64,000 nucleotides of DNA from the NCBI GenBank assembly GCA_905178155.1, contig CAJINV010000002.1, positions 4,527,538-4,591,537 on the forward strand. Reading direction: 5' to 3'. Position 1 is the stretch's first letter; every line of letters starts with the position of its first letter. The stretch comes from Amoebophrya sp. A120. Lineage: Eukaryota; Protista; Dinoflagellata. The notes beneath the pieces are model-generated. The model was not told where the DNA came from, ran no database searches, and was given only the letters and a program-made list of their open reading frames with translations. Both the position numbers and the translations under genes were made by a program. Positions 36,001 through 48,000 of the stretch are shown here, in pieces.

Positions 36001-39000
36001 TTGGCTTAGCATTACAGATTGAATTTGTAATGCGGATATGCGTTACGAAAAAGATTTGTAATGCATAAACGCAATTGTTAGTACGAGCGCGATACTTTTG
36101 CAGTGCATACTGGCGGAGCTACTACGACGCGAAGCCGACCTCGATCATGGATTTGGTGGAGGACCCGGTGTATGCACTGCAAAAGTATCTAGTATGATTT
36201 GCATGACAAATTAGCTCAGCATGAAAAGGGGAATTTGTCATGCTGTTTTACCTTGGGATGGAGATTTGTAATGCATGACTGCGAAGATTACTACGAGTAT
36301 GATACTTTTGCAGTACATACTGTCCAGGCCAACTGCGACTTCGATGATGAGGACCGAAAAGTGTGTATCATTTGTAAAAACGCCTCCATCTTCCCAGAGT
36401 TGTAATGCAAATCTGCATGATGCTGAAAATGTTTCTCATGCGGAGACCCACGAGAAAGAGCTGTCTCTACTGGTGTTTTGAGATTTGTGATGCGCAAATC
36501 CGCACTGCGTGGTAGATCTGTGATGCTGCTGCACTAGCGAAACACGACTACCACATTGCGAGCCCAAAGAACTTGTTATGCGCAACAGCCAAACCTTGGC
36601 GCTTTGTCTAGCAGATTTCCCATCTTGACTTTGGGGTCGTGGGGACGTTTTTGCTCACCATAGTGCGCCAGCTGCTCCAATCTGAGCGTGCGAACTATGG
36701 CGTTCTCAACTGTTACGTGTTCAACTGTTACATGGTGGATTTGTGATGCAAGAATGGCAAACGTGAAAGGGGGAAGGTTGCGCCTGTAGCATTACAAATT
36801 CTGAACAAATTTAGGTGCTGTTTGGCCCTTCGCAAATTTGTCATGCGAAGCAGCTTGATCGTGTGGATGGTGATGGCATTTTTGCATGACAAATTCATGC
36901 AACAGCTGAGAGTGTAACGTTTGAGAACCCCATACGAACGGGATGCAGGTGAACCAGATGACCGACCCCGAGAGGCAGCAGATGAAGCAGGCGTTGACTG
37001 TCGATGCCAAGGAGGAGGCGCTGGAGGAGCAAGAAAGTTCGATGCAGCACTATTTCGACAGTACGGCCTATCCTACGCAAAAACGGCCCGACGACACCGT
37101 AGGCAAGATGGAAAATTTGCTTCACAGATCCGCAAGTCTTGGCTGTCGCGCATGACAAGTTTGGGCTAGAAGTAGTGTAGTAGTCCTCTTTACCTGCTGC
37201 TAGCGCAACAGCATTACGAATCGACTACCTTATCGTTATCCTAATTCGAGCATGACAAATCCCAAAACAGCGTTAGAGAATACTCCTCATGGGACTGTGT
37301 CGATGAGAAACTACCTGTTAGGTGTGCAGATTTGCATGACAACTCTGGGGAGGTGGGGACGTTTTTGCTCAGCATACGGCAAAGCAGCTGTTTATGGATG
37401 TGTCAGAGTTGAAATCGTGAAAGTTGAAATAGTTTGTCATGCATAAAATGGATGCCAGTTGGAACCCAGTTGCCAAGTGGCGCATGACAAACTTCGGCGG
37501 TCCCTAAATCCAGTTTGTCATGCTGTTTAGGCAAAGAAGAGCGATTTTCTCATGCTACTTTAGCAGCTCGATCTGTAACCCCAAACAGGCTGACAATCGG
37601 CCTCACTTGCCTGCTCTGCAACACACGTACCTCGGGTCATGCATTTTATGCATTACAAATTATTTCAACTTTGACGATTTCAAACCTGACGCTTCCATAC
37701 TATTTGAGCAAAATGACGTGTTGCGGGAGAGCGACAAGGTGCGGAGCGCGCGCGCCAGGGTGCTCATATGCATTCTTGCAAAAGTAATATCGTACTAGTA
37801 GAAATCGCATCACAAGTTTATTGGTCGGTATGAAAGATGGATTTTTTAATGCTGTGATTAGTGTACACTGATAGATCTGTCATGTTGCCTGATTGCCATT
37901 TTTACTACGAGTGCGATATTACTTTTGCAATGCATAGCTCAATAGCCAAAGCGAAAGCACCGCAGCTGCCGCGCAAGAGGCGGAAGACACACTGCAGGGG
38001 CGGAAGGAGCACCTCGCGCAGAGGGCTATGGAGTCGCTGCTGCCCCAGGGACCGGAGCGCTTGCGGGATTTTGTGGAAACCTTCCCGTTATGCTTTGCAA
38101 AAGTAAAAGTATCGTACTCCTAGTGGAAATTATCGCATTACAACTTCGGTCAGCATGACAAATGGAATTTGTCACGCTGTTTTACCTTGGGATGGAGATT
38201 TGTAATGCATGATTTCGATTACTCCGCGTGCGATACAACTTTTGCACAGGATACCCCTTCCGCCTCATTTTCCCGCACGGGATGGTGCTGGCCTGCTCCG
38301 CCGTGTATCACGAGGAAAAATCCCCCCTCCCCATATCGAAAAGGTACGCCGCAGAAAATTTGCAATGCTGACCTGCGACCACAAATCATCTCTGTCTTGC
38401 AATAGCAGGCAACATCACACTACATTCCGCCGCATTATGCAGGTGGTTTGTGATGCTGCTGAGCCTACAGCGCAGACGTGGTCTTTTATACTAAGCGCCT
38501 AGACCAAAACCTCGCCCCTGCGCAGGCTTGATATGGGTCCGCAGTCCTCTCCCGCAAGACAAAGCTGATTTGTGTACGCATTTCAGCAACAGAAATTTCC
38601 GTTTTGATATGGAGAGGTGGGATTTTTCACTTTGATACCGTGCCGGCGGTGTTCATCGACCGCGAGTCGGCCGACGGATCGGGACGTATCAAACAGAAAA
38701 AAATCGTCACGATCACTCATGCGCATTTTTGCAATGCAAAATTTTCTGTCATGCGTAAAAATGCATCACAGCCAAACTTCGTAACGGATTTCCTTCGTGT
38801 GTCTGCAATACAAGGAAAAGTTGTGATGCTAAAAACATTTGTAATGCAAAGCCTTCAATTTAGTGACTGTGGCAAACTCTGTTCTCTCCATAACACGGCC
38901 CAGGATCGCACTGCACAAAGTTTGGGACATGGACCTGGACACCGACGACATGGTACAGGCTTGGTCCCTATCAAATGTAAAAATGTCTGGGTCTGGAAGA

Positions 39001-42000
39001 ATGCAAGATTTGTGATGCAGCAGGTTTTCCATGACCCATCAGGTTTGGAATGCGAGACCCAACATGACAGATTTTTTGAGGTCTCTATCATGCCTTTCCT
39101 GCGTGAGAAACTCCCTCTCAACTTGGTCAAAAGCGGACAGCTTTTGGTACTCACGCAACACAGATCTATGCATCATTCAGATTTAGCATGACAAGTTCTA
39201 CCCTTCCAGACCCAGAGACTTTTGCACTTGATAGTCCCGCGCCTACGGCCCCATGGTGTACGAGGACCTACCGTTGGTTGCGGACCGACATATAAATTGC
39301 AAAAGCATCCTACTAGCATGAATTGCATTACAAATTTCCTCAGTACGAGAAATGGAATCTGTAATGGTGATTGACCTTATATCAAATGATAAAAGTACTC
39401 AACTCTATTTTTACTCATAGGGCAAAAAAAAAATTTTTTGAGTATATTTTTAGTTCAGAATTCAAGGCAGGCAGCATCGCCAAAGCGAAAAGGGACTCAA
39501 GGTAAGTTGCGGAATGGTCTACCTGTTGTGTGTTTTTCAATGATAATGCTGCTTTTAATTAATCTAGATCATCTGCAGGCTTAGCTATGTGATTAGCTAG
39601 ATAATCAAGTGTATTTTTGAACTAATATGAAACGATCTGAAGCCACAGAGCTTGAGAAGCATTGCCGGGAAGGACTTGCTGGGAGATCGCCGCGGGGTTT
39701 GACCAAGGAGGACCGCCTTCAAAAGCGGCCACATTCGTATTTGTGGTTGCAGACGAGGTAGTTGTGGATCCAGCAGCTGTGCGGATTCGGGCGAATCCGC
39801 TGGCCTCGTTCCTGATGAACTAGCTGCTCCGCCTCCGATCGGGTCCTGCGAGAGCTTTGGTGTAGCTGCTCCTCGGCAAAGTATCCTGCTGAAGACCTCC
39901 CAGCAAGTCTTCGTCGGCTGCTTCGGTCAAGCTCTTTAAGCTTGAGGGCTTTTATGATGAAAGTCGCTATATAGCTTTGAACTAGCTATTCACTTAGCTA
40001 AGCCTGCAGATCTAGCTAGTGAAACATGAATCAAAATGATAAGCAAACTCAAACCTTCAATTGCTCCAGGTGGATCCGGTGTCGCCAATCCCGAAGCATC
40101 TCCTCAGGAGATGCTTTGTTTTTAATAAATAAAAACCTACTCAAAATTTTTTTTTTTTGCCCTATGAGTAAAAATAGAGTTGAGTACTTTTCTAATGTGA
40201 TACCTTAGGGAAAAGACTTGTAATGCATATACTGCAATTACAACTACAAGAGCGATACTTTTGTACTGGATACGACACAAGCAGAAGCAAGCAGAAGCGG
40301 CGAGGGCAGCAGCTGCCTCGGCCCGCCAAGCGGAAGCGAAGGCTAAGCGCAAACTGTTGCTGAAGAGGAAAGTAAAAAATAAGAAGCGTCTTTCCCGGAA
40401 GCAAAACAAGTGGAAGGAAATTGCGAAGATATCAAATGTAAAAATGTCTGGGTCCGGAAGAATGCAACTTGTCATGCTAAAAAAATCTGAAGCATGCAAA
40501 AATCTGTGTTGCATGATTACCAAAAGTCGTCCAGTTTTGACCAAGTCGGGAGGGAGCTTCTCATGCAGGATAGGCATGAGAGAGATCGCACAGAATCTGT
40601 CATGCTAGGCCCTGCATTCCAGACCTCATGGGTCATGGAAAAGCTGCATGACAAAGAAGTCGCACACTCTTCCAGACCCAGACACTTTTGCATTTGATAG
40701 AAGAGAAATAAGAACAACTTCGTTGGCAAGGCCCTCCGCGGACTTCAGAGCCTCCGATCGTCCTTCCTATCAACTGCAAAAATGCCTGGATTTCTGGAAG
40801 GCTGCGAACTTGTGGCGCGTGTTGCGGATCATACAAAAATCTGCGTTGCATGACTTGCAAAAGGTCTCCATTTCTCGCCATGCCGAGAGGGCGTTTCTCA
40901 AGCAGAAAGGGCATCACCAGCACGCTGCAGAACCTGTGAAGATGCTAGGCCCTGCATTCCAGATTTATTGGCGGAGCTTGGAAAATAAACTGCATGACAA
41001 ATCTCGGAATCTTTGAGATAACCCAGGCATTTTTGCATTTGATACTTCCAACGCCTCCACAATGTCAATGACGACTATGTCTCAACGCGCCACATGAACT
41101 GGCACCGCAAGGGCCTTCAGATCGAAGAGCCGGAGGACGGTGCAGATGAAGATAATACGACCGCAGCGCCGTCGATGGACGACAAGGTAGTTGACGAACT
41201 GCAAAGTGAAAGTAATAGTGAAAAGAACGGGGAACAAGAGCAGAAAAGTGAAACAACCTCCTCGAGGACGACTGATAGGACAACAACCGGCGCAAATGAA
41301 AATGTTGGGGAGGCAGACGAGCTGGAAGCAGGGGCAGAAAATGAGAACACCTCCCCTGCAGCGAAAAATGAAACCTCGTCCACGGCCTCCGCCGTGTGGG
41401 CGGAAGGTCTCCGGCGCGGGGCGGAAGGCGCCGAAAAGATAAAGGGGCATGCCGAAGGGGCCGCCAGATATCTTCGTGACAAGGCCGGCGACTATCCTGA
41501 GTAAAAACGTACCCACACCAGAGTCAGGATGGGGATTTTGCAACACAAACCTAGGAGTTTTGTGAGTCACGCATGACAAGTTGCGCCCTGCAGTGTAGTG
41601 CAGGTTAGCAAGCGCAGCCGCATCACAGATTCATCTGCTCATCCTGTTCACAGCATCACAAATTCAAAAACGCTATTGGAAATGGCTCTCATGGGGATGC
41701 GCATTACAAATCTTCCTGTCTTCGCAAATCTGCACTACAACTCTGGCGTGGGGACGTTTTTACTCAGGATAGCGACGCCGTGCGGTCGCAACTGAGGGGG
41801 ATGCTGGGCAAAAAGGCCAAAAGGGGCATATAACCCGCTCAGGTCCTACAATCTCAAGCGTTACAATAGAATATGGAAATCTGTGATGCAAGAGTGCATG
41901 ATCTAGCCAAGTCTCATAGGATTGCGCATGGCAAGTTCATCCGGGGCCCCAAACCCCAAAACAATCTGCCGAAATTCGTATTGCAGAAAGTGCCACGCTC

Positions 42001-45000
42001 GGCGATTCTGTCATGCCGAGCGTGCAACACAAATTCCAGACTCTCTTGTAACGTTTGAGACTGTAACACCTGAGCAGGTTATAGGGCATCGCGCGGCTGT
42101 TCTCGTCCTGGCAAGCGAACCGGTACACGATCAAAGCTATGAATTTTTGCAAAAGTATCGTACAGTACTCGTGTAAATGCATTGCAAATTTTCTCAGCAT
42201 GAGAAATGAAATTTGTAATGCGGAGTTACCTCAAGGAAAAATAATTACGTACGAGTGCGATACTTTTGCACACGATCAACGCCAACGGGCGGCAGGCGAA
42301 AGAAAAAGTGTACTACCCCGTGTCCGAAGTGTGTGCAAAGAAAAAAGTGTTACAGTTACACATTCCATTGTGTTGCAAGCCCAGCATGACAGACAACCTC
42401 TGTCATGCCCGAAATGCTCCCGCGCTTCGTTCCATACATGTTTTCCCTTATGATCTCTGCATTGCAAGTTTTCTCTCTCATGCAGAGAAAATTTGTGTAT
42501 GCTGAATTGACAACACATGCGTAACTGTAACACTTTTTTCGTGGCATAAGGTGTGTGCGCCCTACTACCGCATGCGGCTGCAGCTATCCAGGAGGAAAAA
42601 ACACTTATCCTGATCCATTTTTTGCATGAAAAGCACTGGACTTCATGCATGTTTCGCATGACAAATTGGATCGGGTGGATCATGGTTTTTTTTTGTGGAT
42701 AGGAGCATGTGCGGGAACACAACTTTTACAACCATGACGACTTGAAGAAGAAGCGCGGCGCTGACGCTGGGGACCACTCCCGCGGCACATCTATGGCATT
42801 CTCAATCGTTACTACATTCTCAACTGTTACATAAATTTGTCATACAAAAGACTGCCTTAAGCCGCGAGATGATCAAGCTGTGCTTCGCATGACAAATCCC
42901 CGAGATCATGAGGCTAAACAGCATCGAGATCTGTGCGGCCAAAGCTGTGATGCGAAAACAGCAATCTTGCCTCTTTGACTGTTCTTGCCACTCTTGCATC
43001 GCAAATGCATGTAACAGTTGAGAATGTAACAGTTTAGAACGCCATAAAAACATCAACCGCAGGGCGAGAGGACGTCGACCCCTATCTCGCCGACGAATCC
43101 GCGGAGAGTGTGGAAGGGGACCTGAAAACGGAATTGCGCGGCTACAGGCTCACCAAATGTCGCAGTCGCGGAAGTAATCGGGTATCACAGGAAAAAGTGT
43201 TATCGTCAACGAAATTTGTGATGCAGTAAGAACGCATCAGAAAAGGTGCCCAAATTTGTGTTGCGTAGCATGCATGGAAGGCAAAACTTGCAATGCATAG
43301 CTGCCATCTGAGAAAACCGTTAACGTTAACACTTTTTTGTTCGATATCGGGTTGTGTACGAGCACAAACCCCTGGACCAAGCGTTGACGCAGGAGCAAAG
43401 TGCGGAGCTGCTGGAACAGGAGATCGAGATCATTGCAGCTGCGGAGGCGGTATCAAATGCAAAATAAAATGTCTGGGTCTGGGAGATTCTGAGACTTGTC
43501 ATGCACGTTTTACGTGAGCCATGATGTCTGTGATGCATGCCGTAGCATCACTGATTTTTCGAGGGGTTCTTGATGCCTATTTCGCATGACAAATGCCCTA
43601 ACCGCGTCGCAAAAATTACACTCCCTTTGTTATTCATGCAATACAATTTTTTTTGGAATCCAAATGCAGCATCGCAAGTTGCTTTGTTCCAGGCCCAGAC
43701 ATTTTTGCATTTGATAGGCGGTGGACGGCGACGAGTCGTTGTCAACAACATCAAACGAAACAATCAACCGCACCTGCACCATATCAAATGCAAAACTGTC
43801 TGGGTCTTGGAGATTGCGAGATTTGTCATGCTAGTGTGGCATGACTCTGAACTCTGTATTGCGTGGCCGCGAAGAGCTCCTCCTCCCTGTCATGCAAAAA
43901 CGTAGTTTCTCATGCGGAATACGCAACTCAGAACCAAGGAAAAAACTTGCCATGCTTGGCAGCGCATTATAGCGAGCTCACTATTCCCTTTCTTGCATCA
44001 CAAGTTTCCAGACCCAGACACATTTGCAATGCATACACCACTCCCCCTTGTGTTGACGACGCGAATAACTCCACGGACTGGATTTCTAGCCCCAGGTCGG
44101 CCGCCAAGACCCTGAAATATGCATTGCAAAAGTATCGCACTCGTTGTACTAATCGCAGTCGTGCATTACAATTAGTTTTTGCCAAGGTAAATCCGCATTA
44201 CAAATTTCATTTCTCATGCTGAGGAAATTTGTCATGCGATTTATACTAGCGCGGTACTTTTGCAGTGCATATGAAAGAGAGAGCCACGAACGCCGCCAAG
44301 GCGTTGATGAGCAAGGCAGGAGCCCTGAAAAATAAAGTGTTGAAGAAGGCCGGCACGAAACTGGAAGATATTTCCTTCGAACTTTCCCGCCTGCGGAAGC
44401 TGACGGCCACCAACATGACTGCCGCGGCCAAGGAAAAGCTACGGGCCGTGCTGGAGCACAAGGTCTTTGAGGAAGCGCACGACGCGCTGCACAACGGCAC
44501 GCAGAGGTTGCGACTCACCGGGCAGCAGGCGCGTGACATCGTGCTATCGACTGCAAATATGTCTGGGTCTGGAAGGAAGATGCAAGTTTATTTGTCATGC
44601 ACATTTTACATGACTCCTGATGTCTGTGATGCATGCCCCAGCGCCACAGATCTTGCGAGGGGGGGCTTCCTCAAGCCTATACCGCATGAGAAATGCCCTC
44701 TCGCCATGGGAAAAACTGGACCTACAGTGCTGTTCATGCAATGCAGATTTTTGTAGAATCCAAAGGGAGCATCACAAGTTGCATCCTTCGTCCAGACCCA
44801 GAAATATTTGCAATGCATACGTGCTGCAAAGCGGCAACTTCAGCTTTCTTGCGGACAAACTGGCCGCCATGCAGCAGGGCTTGAAGCAGGGCATATGCAA
44901 TGTAAATTTCCCGTACATGTACAAAATGCATGACAAATTTCGCTAAACTTGCAGTGTCCAACTTGTCATGCTAGACTAGGATTGAAGGCGAGTTTTGTCA

Positions 45001-48000
45001 TGCAGAGACTGCATTTGTACGTGTACGGGAAATTTACTGTGGATAGGGCACGCAGGGATACACCAGCAGTGCGCTCTATGGAAGCGTCAGGTTTGAAATC
45101 GACAAAGTTGAAATGATTTGCCATGCATAACATGGAAGGCATCAAGTGCCTGTCTTGCCAGGATGACAAGTGAGGCCGATTGTGAGCCTGTTTAGGGTTT
45201 GAGATAGAGCTGCGAAAGGAGCATGACAGAAGCAGTCTTGTGTGCCCAAACAGCATGACAAATTGGATTCCGGTGATCGAAAAAATTGTCATGCGCCGCT
45301 TGATAAGTGGGCATCCTACGGGTATCGGTTTTAAGCATGGCAAACTATTTCAACTTTGACGATTTCGATCCTGACACCCCCATACGCTCCTGAAGTTCCA
45401 ACAATTGTTGGACAGCGAGGCGCTGCAGGGGCTTATGCATTGCAAAAGTATCGTACTCGTATAAATGCATTACAAATTTCTTCAGCATGAGAAATAAAAT
45501 TTGTAATGCGGATTTACCTTTAAAAAAAAATTTGTAATGCCTGATTGCAAGAATACGAGTACTTTTGCACGGCATAGGGCTCTTCGACACGCAAATCCCC
45601 TGGTGCGAGGACGAGTGTGATCCGAAACCGAGCTGCTGGACAAAGTGTTTCGATGCTGTAGATGACTACTGCGTGCACACACTGATCACACACTGCTGCT
45701 TTCTAAACTATGACGTAGGGGACGAAGAGGAGGAGTATTGGAACGAACTGCAAAAACGAAAGCAGGGGCCACAGCTGCAGGGGGGAAAAAAGTTGTATCC
45801 GGGTGAGATGGCCGGCACCTCCTCTAACCCGCTCGGCACCAGCAGCACGTACCTCAGTTCGCGGGAAGAATACCAGTCCGGACAGGACTACAATACATAC
45901 CGCCGCGTGTGCGAGTTTGTGTTCCGCACCCCACTTGACGCCTATGTCGCGCTGGATGAGTATAGGGAGCGGCGCAACAACAAGATCTCTTGGCTCTTAT
46001 GCAATGCAAAAGCACCGTACTAGCGTAAATTGCATTACAAGTTTTCTCAGCATGACAAATGCAATTTGTAATGCTGTTATAGATACCTTGGGAAGAAGAT
46101 TTGTGTTTGTCATGCATATTTGCAATTAGTACGAGTGCAGTGCGTTTGCACATTATAGCTCTACGACGACGGCAAATGCGTTTCGGTGCACCACCACACG
46201 CTATCCAGTGCAAATATGTCTGGGTCTGGGAAGTTGCGAGGTTTGTCATGCCAGTCTGGCATGACTCTGAACTTTGTGTTGCGTCACCGAAAAGATCTCC
46301 TCGTGTCTGTCATGCAAAAACGCAGTTTCTCATGCGGAGTACGCAACTCAAAACCACGGAAAAACTTGTCATGCTTGGCAGCGCATTAAAGTGTGTTCCT
46401 TATTCCCTTCCTTGCATCACAAGTTTCCAGACCCAGACATATTTGCAATGCATACACGCGCCTGCAGAGCAAAACGCTGAACTTGAACTGGATCGCCGGC
46501 ATGCTACCGTACTACGAGAAATTCAAAAGCAAGAACACTTTGTCGCCCCTGTACGACCAGAGCACCAACCAGGACGCCTTGTCCGACGAAGGCATTGGAT
46601 ATCAGAGTGCACAACTCTCCCCCCCCGACATAATTTACGCAGTTCGCTCCGGCTACAGTGATCTACTTAACCTTCATTTTTGATTTTACATTGCAATATG
46701 ATTGCATGAACAGCAATACAAACACCACCACACGTGAAGCCTGTGCATGGCAAATTCATGCGCCTAGTGTAACTAGTATTGTTTGGGCTCCCTCCGGTGG
46801 AGTGATCTGTCATGCAAACAGTGTCACAGGGAAGCACTTGGACGATTTGGGGTTTTGCAAATTACAAATAAGGGGATGAATGGGGAGTTGTGCACTGTCA
46901 TATTGGTCCTCCGGAACATGCTTCTGGTGCTGCGCCGGGGGAAGAAATGGGTGGACATCCAGATGGTTTTATCGACAAAAGCGGAATCATTTTCAGCAGT
47001 ACTGTTGCTGTTCCTGCGACCAACCAAACATCAAACACATCTTCGAGGACGACGACCAGCGCTTCTACTGGGAGGAAAAAAAGAGGACGTCAGGATAGTA
47101 CTTCTAAACGGGCTGTTGTTGTTCCCTTCGCAAAGCAGCGGCACGGGTTGCCGGCCAAGGAAAGAAATCGGCTGCTATATGGATTGCAAAAGAAAAAGTA
47201 TTGTACTCGTATAAATGCATTACAAATTTATCTCCCAGTATGAGAAATAAAATTTGTGATGCGGATTTAGCCTAAGAAAAAGATCTGTCATGCAGCATGA
47301 TTGCAATTGAACTACGAACGATTACGATACTTTAGCACAGGATATGCTACTCTACTCCGCGATTCGGGACATGAATCCGTTTATTCACCGGAGCATGCTT
47401 CATAGTTGGCAGCTCGCGCACCAGAAGGACGCACAGGTGCAGGAAGACCGGCTGAATCAAGAACTGACGAAATATGCTGAACAAAAACGTCCCCACATCG
47501 TCCCCAGAGTTGCACTTGTCATGCAAATTTGCAATGACAAGAACACTTGTAATGCGCATCCCCATGTTGTTGAGAGGCTGATTTTCCATCGTGCGATGTA
47601 TCGCATTCGCGCCTGTGATGCTCTAAACAGCATGAGGAGATCCTTTTGTGATGCGGCTGTCCTTCGTAACCTGCACTGCAATTCAAGAGCGAAAAACTTG
47701 TCATGCGTGAGACCTAAAACTTCAGGATTTGTGTTGCAGACTTCCCAACTTAAGTGTGAAAAAATGGGGACGTCTTTACTCAGGATGCGAAAACCCTTTT
47801 TCGCGAGGACGACGTCGCCGCAGAAAAAGCCACGAAAAAATACGTGCAGACGCACATATCAACTGCAAATATGTCTGGGTCTGGAAGATTCTAAACTTGT
47901 GATGCTGTCTCTGGATTCTAAAAAAATTTGCATTGCATGACCAGCAAGAGGACGCCACATATGCTACGCGGTGGAGAGGGCATTTTTCATGCGGTAGAGG

